Assembly: GCA_964383635.1 (NCBI GenBank)
Contig: CAYLIG010000001.1
Span: forward strand, 91,866 to 155,865
Length of the DNA stretch: 64,000 nucleotides
Origin: an uncultured Christensenella sp.
Lineage (GTDB): Bacteria; Bacillota; Clostridia; Christensenellales; CAG-138
Direction of reading: 5' to 3'
The notes under the pieces were generated by a model, which saw only the letters and a list, made by a program, of their open reading frames with translations, was not told the origin of the DNA and made no database searches. The position numbers were made by a program, and so were the translations under genes. This document shows, piece by piece, positions 28,874 through 36,145 of this stretch. How positions within the stretch are numbered: the stretch's first letter is position 1; the number at the start of each line of letters is the position of its first letter.

Positions 28874-29860
28874 ATGAACTACACGGATAATTTACTGGAA
28901 ACCATCCTCGGCGGGGATACGGTCGGCGCGCTGAGTAAGAGCAGCGGCGCGAAACAATCCCAGGTGGAATCTCTCATCGGCGCCGCGCTGCCGCTGATGC
29001 TCGAAGGAATGCAGCAAAACGCGAGCACGAAAAAGGGCGAACAGGCGCTGACAAAGGCAATCTCCGATCACGCGGCAAACGACGCGACGGATGTGAACTC
29101 CTTCCTTTCCGGTGTGGACGCCGCGGACAGCGCAAAGATTTTGCAGCATCTCTTTGGAGACAACACGAATAAAACCGTCTCAGCTCTCTCGAAAAAGAGC
29201 GGTCTGGAGAAAAGCCAGACCTCGTCTATCCTGCTCCAGCTTGCGCCGCTGCTGCTTTCACTGCTCGGCCAGCAAAACCAGAGCAGTTCCGGCGGAATCG
29301 GATCTATCCTCGGCAGTCTGCTCGGAGGCGGCAGCTCTTCCGGCACCGGCTCGCTGCTCGGCAGCCTGCTCGGCAGTTCTACGAGCGATGCCGCGGGCTC
29401 GTTGATCGGCTCGCTGCTCGGCAGCGGCAGCAACTCCGGCAGCAACTCCGGCTCCTCGCTTGGCGGCGCGCTGCTTGGTTCGCTGCTTGGCTCCAACAGC
29501 AGCAACTCCTCTTCCAGCAGCGGCGGAATCGCGGGTTCGCTACTCGGCTCCCTGCTGTCCGATTCCAACGATGACGACGATGACGACGGCGGCGACCTGC
29601 TCGGCTCCCTGCTCGGCGGCGGCAGCAGCAACAGCAGCTCGGGCGGCCTGCTTGGTTCGCTTCTGGGCGGCAGTTCCGGCAGCAGTTCGTCCAGCCTTGG
29701 CGGGGCGCTGCTTGGCAGCCTCTTTGGCGACGATTCGCAGAAGAGCAGCGGCACGAAATCGTCCTCCACCAAGAAGAGCACGACGAAAAAGACCACGACA
29801 AAGAAAGCCACGACAAAGAAAACTACGACAAAAAAAGCTCCGACAAAGAAAAAGGGCTGA
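28874..29860 (+). CDS. DUF937-like protein with (S/G)LLGSLLG repeat region and Lys/Thr-rich tail
   Basis: The N-terminal 130 aa resemble DUF937 (LLETILGGD...VESLIGAALPLMLEGM...ILQHLFG). Then come 8 LLGSLLG-type repeats, a poly-Asp run, and a KKSTTKKTTTKKATTKKTTTKKAPTKKKG tail. Confidence 0.7.
   Translation: MNYTDNLLETILGGDTVGALSKSSGAKQSQVESLIGAALPLMLEGMQQNASTKKGEQALTKAISDHAANDATDVNSFLSGVDAADSAKILQHLFGDNTNKTVSALSKKSGLEKSQTSSILLQLAPLLLSLLGQQNQSSSGGIGSILGSLLGGGSSSGTGSLLGSLLGSSTSDAAGSLIGSLLGSGSNSGSNSGSSLGGALLGSLLGSNSSNSSSSSGGIAGSLLGSLLSDSNDDDDDDGGDLLGSLLGGGSSNSSSGGLLGSLLGGSSGSSSSSLGGALLGSLFGDDSQKSSGTKSSSTKKSTTKKTTTKKATTKKTTTKKAPTKKKG
29282..29728 (+). repeat. in-frame coding repeats (8 copies of an x-LLGSLLG-Ser/Gly unit)
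   Basis: Counted in the translation at aa 144-152, 160-168, 176-184, 199-207, 222-230, 241-249, 258-266 and 278-286. Confidence 0.85.
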
Positions 29861-29879
29861 GGATCTCCAAATGAAAAAT

Positions 29880-29909
29880 GACGGCCATCTTGGATGGCCG
29901 TCGTTTTTT
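29880..29909. terminator. bidirectional rho-independent terminator
   Basis: GACGGCCATC-ttg-GATGGCCGTC with an AAAAAT run upstream and GTTTTTTG downstream, between convergent genes. Confidence 0.85.
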
Positions 29910-29922
29910 GTGCACATAGGGT

Positions 29923-30600
29923 TTACCAGATGTACGGAATCAAACGATACCGCACCTGCTTTGTATACTCCTCGTATCCGGAAAGGCCTTGCTTGAGCAT
30001 GCGATCCTCCAGCGCGGTGCGCAGTATGGTAATCAGCGCGATGACGACGGCGGTGAGCGCCGTATATTTCGTTTCAAACACCATCGAAACGCCGACGCAC
30101 CAGATCAGGATTGCGGCATAGGTCGGATGCCGGATGGTGCCGTACGGGCCGCACTGGCAGACGCTCTGACAGCGGTCTTTCTGGACGCGCGAGACGGATT
30201 CGAGAAACGGGTTGACGCGAACCGCCCATAGCGAGAGCAAAAACGCGAGCAGCTGCAGCGCAATGCCGACGCCGAACACCCAGCCGAGCTTTTGCGGTGC
30301 GGCGCTTGTCTCCAGCCCGGCGATCAGATAGATAACAAAATATGCTAAAAGCCAATAGATCGCGAGTATAATTTTGTCCCATGCGGGCGAGTCCGACGCG
30401 ATTCTGCCGCGCGCGGCGAGAGCCTCCGGGCTTGCGCTGCGAACGAGCGCCATCGCGACGACGGCAAACACGAGGTACATCGCAAAATACGTCATCGAGC
30501 GCACGCCGATTACCCAGCGCGAACCGATCACGAACAGCAGGATGCCAAGCACGCGCTGCGCCAGCACGCGGAAAATGTAGAAATTCGCCTTTTGTTTCAT
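29923..30600 (-). CDS. isoprenylcysteine carboxyl methyltransferase (ICMT/PEMT)-family membrane methyltransferase
   Basis: C-terminal GPYGTIRHPTYAAILIWCVG...TALEDRML..GL.GYEEY. ATG at 30600 follows GGGAGGATATTGTTT. Confidence 0.8.
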   Translation of the reverse strand: MKQKANFYIFRVLAQRVLGILLFVIGSRWVIGVRSMTYFAMYLVFAVVAMALVRSASPEALAARGRIASDSPAWDKIILAIYWLLAYFVIYLIAGLETSAAPQKLGWVFGVGIALQLLAFLLSLWAVRVNPFLESVSRVQKDRCQSVCQCGPYGTIRHPTYAAILIWCVGVSMVFETKYTALTAVVIALITILRTALEDRMLKQGLSGYEEYTKQVRYRLIPYIW

Positions 30601-30653
30601 AAACAATATCCTCCCGTACGATAACATCCGCGTCCAAAAGGCGCGTGCCAAGG

Positions 30654-31142
30654 CTAAGATCGCTGTATGCTTGCAGGGTGCGGGGCGCGCTGCGGCTGAT
30701 CCGCGCCCGCCGTTTTGAGGACGCACTTCATGGGCGTGAAGCGAATGCCGTTTGTCACCTGTTCGCCGCTGAGCGGGACGAACCCGAGCCGCCGGTAGAT
30801 TTCCACCGCGTAGGGAGAGGAGTTGACGGTCATCACATCGCCCGCACAGGCGGCAGCGGCGGAAAACAGCGCGCGGCCGACGCCCTGCCGCTGTGAATCC
30901 GCGTCCACGAAGAACAACGAGATGTGGCTCTTCCCGCGCATAGCGAGCACGCCGAGCAATTGGGTTTCGGAAAAGGCGCCGTAAATCGTCAGCGCGCCTA
31001 TCGCCTCGGGGTCTTGAAGAAACGAAAGAAACGTCTCTATGCCCTGCCGCGAATAGTCCGGCGCCTCGAAGCGCATGAACACGCGCTCGACAAGCGCGAG
31101 CGCCGACGGTTGTTCATCCGGCTCGATACGGCGTACGTCCAT
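30654..31142 (-). CDS. GNAT family N-acetyltransferase
   Basis: 162 aa with the FVDADSQRQGVGRALFSAA acetyl-CoA motif. Confidence 0.8.
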   Translation of the reverse strand: MDVRRIEPDEQPSALALVERVFMRFEAPDYSRQGIETFLSFLQDPEAIGALTIYGAFSETQLLGVLAMRGKSHISLFFVDADSQRQGVGRALFSAAAACAGDVMTVNSSPYAVEIYRRLGFVPLSGEQVTNGIRFTPMKCVLKTAGADQPQRAPHPASIQRS

Positions 31143-31162
31143 GCTCTCACCTCATCCGTTTG

Positions 31163-31648
31163 CTACAGAAGCAATGCTTCCATATCGCATAGAAACCGTT
31201 CGGCAGCATGTGTCAGCGTCTTTGTCAACGCCTCCGGCTCGTCAAACGCATAGGGCGGCGGAACTGTGAGCGAAATGATCGCGTCCACGCCGGGCTGTAA
31301 TGCACACAGTTCGTAAGCGCCAAGCGACTTTTTGCGCAGCTCGGCTGAGGTCTTTGCCTGTATCGCGCGGTTTCCCGCCGTAAGCCAGAGCGAAAAGCGC
31401 GCTTCCGCGTGCAGAAACACCAGAGAAATCTTCAATCGCTGAACGGCAAGCGAAGCGGGCGCAACCGCGACGAAGCTCATATCGAGATATCCCTGATACA
31501 AAGCGCCGACGCTGTCCTGCGGGTGTGCGTGTTCCCAGGCGGTTTTGAACGCTGTCAGTGCGAACAGAATGCCGCGATAAGCGACCGGATAATCGCCCCC
31601 GGCGACGGCTTTGCAATAGGCGTCGATTTGTTCAGAGAGTGCTTTCAT
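31163..31648 (-). CDS. hypothetical protein (no family recognised)
   Basis: The 161-aa ORF has ordinary amino-acid composition. It overlaps the upstream gene stop by 17 nt. Confidence 0.5.
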   Translation of the reverse strand: MKALSEQIDAYCKAVAGGDYPVAYRGILFALTAFKTAWEHAHPQDSVGALYQGYLDMSFVAVAPASLAVQRLKISLVFLHAEARFSLWLTAGNRAIQAKTSAELRKKSLGAYELCALQPGVDAIISLTVPPPYAFDEPEALTKTLTHAAERFLCDMEALLL

Positions 31649-32219
31649 CGTCGCCTCCCATGCTTGTGTTCGCCAGCTCGCTTAGCTTGGAGATTGTGTT
31701 CCAGTTTCGCACCGTTACGCCGGGCAGCAACTTCTGCAGGCGGATCGCGAGCTTTGAAAGCCGGATGCTCCTCACAAGCAGCAGATAGATATCCCGTCCG
31801 ACGATTTCAAACCGGTCGCCCTCCGGCGGCACGGCTGCAAGCGCGGCGAGCGCCGCGTTGGATACAGGTTCCGGAAGCAGGCAGACATAGAAGCTCTCGC
31901 CGTCCGTGTTGGCGCGTTGCGCACGCTCAATTTCATCCGCCGAAAAGGGACTGCCGCTTACAATAGCGTTCAACTCCTGCGCCGTGCGCAGCACGGCAGT
32001 GGTGTGAATGTCCGCGCCGTCCGTCAGCGCGTACTCGATTTTACGGCGGGCTTCATCCTCGGCTTCAGATGCATCAAAGAGCACGTTGCCGCTCTGAATA
32101 TACGTTTCGACGCCAGAAAACCCCGCGCCTTCAAACAACCGCCGGAGCGCGTCCATGCGGATACGGTTCGCCGCGCCGATGTTGATGCCGCGCAGCAGCG
32201 CGACATAACGCGTCTTCAT
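31632..32219 (-). CDS. DUF1697 domain protein
   Basis: The MKTRYVALLRGINIGAANRIRMDALRRLFEGAGF..V.TYIQSGNVLF signature. ATG at 32219 overlaps the stop of the hydrolase gene. Confidence 0.8.
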   Translation of the reverse strand: MKTRYVALLRGINIGAANRIRMDALRRLFEGAGFSGVETYIQSGNVLFDASEAEDEARRKIEYALTDGADIHTTAVLRTAQELNAIVSGSPFSADEIERAQRANTDGESFYVCLLPEPVSNAALAALAAVPPEGDRFEIVGRDIYLLLVRSIRLSKLAIRLQKLLPGVTVRNWNTISKLSELANTSMGGDDESTL

Positions 32220-32998
32220 GTGCCCTCCCGACAATCCGCAATGATGTCCGCGACGGTTTGCGCAAGCGCGGTGGGATTATCCAGCCCCATGGAATGACCC
32301 GCGTCCGGGATGATTTCCACACGTACCCCGTGTTCGCGCAGGGCGTCCACATCTTTGCTTGGCAGCGTTTTTTCGCCGAACAGATACGCTTTCGGCTTTT
32401 GCAGATCGTAAAGCTGGAGCCGCCAGGAAGGCGTGCCGCCGCGCGCGGCGGAGCTGGAGATGCGCCAGGCGGCCTCCGGCAACCAGGAGGCGAGCGTTGC
32501 GCCCCAGAGCGGGTTTCGCCGCCTCGCGCGGGCGAGGAGATCGTCATATCCGCCGGAAAGAAACTCCTCATACGGCCGCGAAGCGATTTTCCGGCTCACT
32601 GCCCGGGGCGGGCTGGGATCGAGGTTGGATTCCGTCAGGATGAGCTGGCGGAGCCGATCTTTTAAAAGTCCGGCGAGACAGATGGCGACCGCGCCGCCGA
32701 GGCTGTGGCCAAAGAGTATGATATCGCTTAAACCGAGCGAATCGAGCAATTCGTTGAGATACGCCGCGTGTTCTTCCACCGTGTAGCCGAACGAAAGCGG
32801 CTTGTCGCTGTATCCCGCGCCGAGCAGGTCGATGAGAATCGCCCTGCGGCCGCGCAGCGGCGGCTGAACAGCGACGGAGGGATACTCGAAAGAACTCGCG
32901 CAGCCGAGGCCGTGGAGAAAGACGACCGGCGGTTCTTCGCCGGGCAGATCCTGATATCGAACGGCAAATCCGTTGTGCTTCAGCCGGTATTCCTTCAT
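32216..32998 (-). CDS. alpha/beta hydrolase
   Basis: VVFLHGLGCAS, the nucleophile elbow GHSLGG and a C-terminal DAGHS. ATG at 32998 follows AAGAGGAGAGCG. Confidence 0.82.
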   Translation of the reverse strand: MKEYRLKHNGFAVRYQDLPGEEPPVVFLHGLGCASSFEYPSVAVQPPLRGRRAILIDLLGAGYSDKPLSFGYTVEEHAAYLNELLDSLGLSDIILFGHSLGGAVAICLAGLLKDRLRQLILTESNLDPSPPRAVSRKIASRPYEEFLSGGYDDLLARARRRNPLWGATLASWLPEAAWRISSSAARGGTPSWRLQLYDLQKPKAYLFGEKTLPSKDVDALREHGVRVEIIPDAGHSMGLDNPTALAQTVADIIADCREGT

Positions 32999-33017
32999 CG
33001 CTCTCCTCTTGTGTGCA

Positions 33018-34220
33018 TCATTGTTCTGCCGTGGGTTCATCGCCTGCCTGATGAAAGCCGATGTGGCGATGCTGTTCGTTGGCCCCTGCGTCGTAAACAC
33101 GTACGGCGTTTCGAACTTTTTTTGCTTCATAAAGCGCTTCATCCGCCTGAACAAACAGACGGGACGCGCCGTCTTTTTCCGAGTAGGCGGTCAGCCCGAA
33201 GCAGGCGGTGGGCGTAAGATCGGGCGCGCCTTCGAACTCCGCGCGAAGAAAACGAGCCTGCGCGCGCTGGCAGATGCGCACCGCTTCGCCGATTGTCGTA
33301 CCGCGCAGAATCAGGCAGAACTCATCCCCGCCATAGCGAAACACCGTGGACTCGCCGAAACACTCGCTCAGCACGCAGGAAAACTCGACGAGGCAAAGAT
33401 CGCCGACCTGATGTCCGTAAAAATCGTTTGCTGTTTTGAAATGGTCGATATCCGAAATGCCGAAGACAAGCGGTTCCTTTGCGCCTTTCTGCTCAAGCTG
33501 ACGCAGCGCGTCGTGCAGCGCCTTTCGGTTGTAAACACCCGTGAGTTCGTCGAACTGAAGAGACTCCTTGAGCAGCTCGCGCTCAACCTCGCGGCGAAGG
33601 CTCGCCTCGTTTTTACGCCGTTCATACTGAATTGTGATGCTGCAAACGAGGCTGCAACCGATGAGCACGGACAACGCGACGAGAAAATTCATCATCCGCA
33701 CGGAATCGGAAAACACGCTGACCTTGTCGTGATCCCAATAGAACAGCAGCTCGGACAAGGTCATGCTGGTGATGGAAGCCAGCGAGACGATGCCGGTCAG
33801 ACGGTAATCGGCATAAGTTGTGGTGAGAAAAATTGCAAACGCGTAAAGCGAGTAGATTGCGAAAAACGCGCTGTGAACCGTGAAATAAATGAAACAGATG
33901 ATCACAAATAAAATAGAAACGGCATAGCTTTTCGATTGCTGCGTGAGCCGTTTTTCGCGAAGCGTCACCCAACCGGTCAGCAGGCAGAGCCCCGCGAGCC
34001 CGCTTGGGACAGCGATGAATTTGAAGATATAGTTCAGGATTGTGGTGTTGAACATATCGGAGCGCGCAATCAGAAACGCCAGCAGGCACTCGATGATAAA
34101 CGTCGCGCCTACAAGCAGAGCGGTCAGGCGGAAATGCAACCGCAGCCACTCGTCGAGGATCCGGCTCAAATCGCTTCGTATCGCTTCGATATGCAGTGTG
34201 TGGTTTTTTGCTTCTTCCAT
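33018..34220 (-). CDS. membrane-bound diguanylate cyclase (multi-TM N-terminal domain plus GGDEF)
   Basis: LTGVYNRKAL...DIDHFKTANDFYGHQVGD...FRYGGDEFCLIL...YEAKK. There is no RxxD I-site before GGDEF. About 6 hydrophobic helices at the N-terminus. Confidence 0.85.
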   Translation of the reverse strand: MEEAKNHTLHIEAIRSDLSRILDEWLRLHFRLTALLVGATFIIECLLAFLIARSDMFNTTILNYIFKFIAVPSGLAGLCLLTGWVTLREKRLTQQSKSYAVSILFVIICFIYFTVHSAFFAIYSLYAFAIFLTTTYADYRLTGIVSLASITSMTLSELLFYWDHDKVSVFSDSVRMMNFLVALSVLIGCSLVCSITIQYERRKNEASLRREVERELLKESLQFDELTGVYNRKALHDALRQLEQKGAKEPLVFGISDIDHFKTANDFYGHQVGDLCLVEFSCVLSECFGESTVFRYGGDEFCLILRGTTIGEAVRICQRAQARFLRAEFEGAPDLTPTACFGLTAYSEKDGASRLFVQADEALYEAKKVRNAVRVYDAGANEQHRHIGFHQAGDEPTAEQ

Positions 34221-34363
34221 GGTTGGACGGCCATATCCGGGGCCGGAACCGGGAACGCGGGCGCTGCTGACACCGTTAACTCCGGTGTATTCGTATGGTT
34301 TATTTTACTCGGATTTACGCGCGTTTGCAAACGGCATCACGCGGGATTTTTCCGTCGGGCACC

Positions 34364-35245
34364 TTATGGAATCAGCCGATCCGCGCGGATGCGGTGATAA
34401 CCAAAGGTCGCCTCGGCGGCAAAGCCGCAGGAAAGATAGAGATGCAGCGCGCTCGCGTTCGTACTGTCCACCTCGATCAGCACGTCCCTTCCGGGCACCG
34501 AAAGCAACTCCCGCAGCAAAAGCGCGATCATGCCGCGTCCTATGCCACGCCCCTGGAAGGCGGGCAGAACGCCGAGGCCGTAGATGGTCGCCTCATCTTC
34601 CTCCAGACCGGCTCCGCCGATGGCGACGGGTTCGCCGTTCAGCCGCGCGAGGTACTGCATACGGTTCTCCTGTTCGAGCGCGCGAGCAAGAAACTGCCTG
34701 GCGCGCTCCTCCGGCTCGCTGAAACTTTCCGCGCTGATCTGCGCGATGACGTCCAGATCCGCCGCGGTTGCGCGGCATAGCGTCAGTCCGTCGGGAACAG
34801 GCAGGCGCTCCGGCGGCAGGGCGCGGTCATAGCGCAGGCTATATTCGGTATATTCCAACGGCGCGTCCAGTGCGGCGAGCGCCGAAACGCCCGCCGGGGA
34901 CTTCGGTTCGCAGACAAACAACAGCTCGGCAATGCCGAACGCGGCGGCCTGCCGCGCCGCTTCGGCGGCAAGTGCAGAAAATACGCCCGTTCGCCGCGCC
35001 GCCGGATGCGTCAGAGCGGTGAGTTCCGCTTCTGCTTGCGTCGGCGCAAAAAACGTCATTACGCCGTCCAGTCGGTCGCCCTCAAACAGCGCGAGAAGGC
35101 AGGGGATGTCCGGCGAAATATTCAGCGAGGGGTCGAGATAAAGCGAGCCGGACAGGCCGTCGTATGCTTTGCAGACGCGTTCGAGCTCGCGCGTTTGCCG
35201 CACGATGGAAAGGTCGGGTTGCGGATAAGATTGAATGCTGCGCAT
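34364..35245 (-). CDS. GNAT family N-acetyltransferase (tandem GNAT-like halves)
   Basis: 293 aa with a C-terminal VLPAFQGRGIGRGMIALLLREL motif. An AAAGGAG RBS is present. Confidence 0.75.
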   Translation of the reverse strand: MRSIQSYPQPDLSIVRQTRELERVCKAYDGLSGSLYLDPSLNISPDIPCLLALFEGDRLDGVMTFFAPTQAEAELTALTHPAARRTGVFSALAAEAARQAAAFGIAELLFVCEPKSPAGVSALAALDAPLEYTEYSLRYDRALPPERLPVPDGLTLCRATAADLDVIAQISAESFSEPEERARQFLARALEQENRMQYLARLNGEPVAIGGAGLEEDEATIYGLGVLPAFQGRGIGRGMIALLLRELLSVPGRDVLIEVDSTNASALHLYLSCGFAAEATFGYHRIRADRLIP

Positions 35246-35405
35246 AGCGGCTCCTTTTGTGAAACGCTTGACGGAACACCCGCATCAGGACACGGGCTGC
35301 AATCCGTTTGCATGATCGTATCACAGCAGGAATACCAAATCAACCTGTTCAAGAACGCGCGAAAATAAGGCCTGCCGCGCATTCCCCGGGTGCGGCGCCA
35401 GTCGC

Positions 35406-35768
35406 TCAGCCTTTGATGATCTGGATGCCGACGCCGTCGGGATCGTTGACAAAAAAGCACTCCAGATTGCCGCCGAGTTTGACCGGTTCGACTGTGACGA
35501 TTCCTTGCTCACGCGCGGAGCGCAAAAGCGCGGCGTAATCGTCCGGCATGAAGCCGATGGAGACCGCGGAGGATGGTTGTGCTGCGGCTTCGTGCGCCGT
35601 GTCGTGGATCAGCTCAATTTTCGTCCCGCCGTCGGTTGCGAAAAACACGATGGTCATATTTTGTGAAGGCGAAAATTCCCGCTCGACGCTCAGACCGAGA
35701 AAGTCCGTATAAAAATGTTTCGAGCGGTTCAGATCGGTTACGTGGATGGTGATCCAGGGGATTTGCAT
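35406..35768 (-). CDS. VOC (glyoxalase/bleomycin-resistance/dioxygenase) family protein
   Basis: MQIPWITIHVTDLNRSKHFYTDFLGL... ATG at 35768 lies 8 nt after AAAGGAGG. Confidence 0.8.
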   Translation of the reverse strand: MQIPWITIHVTDLNRSKHFYTDFLGLSVEREFSPSQNMTIVFFATDGGTKIELIHDTAHEAAAQPSSAVSIGFMPDDYAALLRSAREQGIVTVEPVKLGGNLECFFVNDPDGVGIQIIKG

Positions 35769-35780
35769 AGGGAAGTCCTC

Positions 35781-35935
35781 CTTTAAATGAATCATGCTTT
35801 AAATGAATCATGAAAATAAACCGTAGTCTTAAGTCTTCCGACAGAGATAACTGATCTCCACTTTGAATGAATCATGAAAACAAAACAAACCGTAGTCAGC
35901 GTGTTTCGTCTGTTGCAGATTCATGCTGCAATCTA
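35781..35935. repeat. cluster of ATGA(A/T)TCAT palindromic cores inside direct repeats
   Basis: CTTTAAATGAATCATG occurs twice in tandem at 35781-35796 and 35797-35812. Longer copies (CTTT[A/G]AATGAATCATGAAAA...AAACCGTAGTC) lie at 35797-35828 and 35861-35897. A further AGATTCATG sits inside the hairpin TGCAG-attcatg-CTGCA at about 35914-35930. Confidence 0.8.
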
Positions 35936-36055
35936 ACGCTATTATACCCGCATACGCCGTCAGTCGTGCGTGAATTTTTATAGCGATATCTTTATAATTC
36001 CCTGTTTGAAATCGCTATAAACGATAACAATGCGCTTGATATCCTCTTTTTCTAT

Positions 36056-36084
36056 TTGCCGAAATGGCAATTCCCCAATAGAAT
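36056..36084 (+). promoter_or_regulatory. candidate promoter of hppA
   Basis: TTGCCG, 17 nt, TAGAAT. An alternative TATAAT lies at 35993-35998. Confidence 0.45.
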
Positions 36085-36145
36085 GGTTGCTAAAGGTTGT
36101 CCAAAGGGATAGGGCGGCCTCTATTGGGTAGATTGGAGAAACAAC

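Noticed and set aside
29282-29860. Periodic nucleotide repeats (ctgctcggc..., aagaaaaccacgaca...) that could be mistaken for a CRISPR or VNTR array
   Set aside because: They are in-frame coding repeats of the DUF937-like protein (LLGSLLG units and a KKTT tail). Units are short and irregular, there is no repeat-spacer architecture, and there are no cas genes.
30654-31648. GNAT plus upstream 161-aa gene as a GNAT-toxin/RHH-antitoxin pair
   Set aside because: The upstream protein is too large and lacks any RHH/DUF1778-like N-terminus. The gene order and sizes do not fit TacAT/KacAT-type modules.
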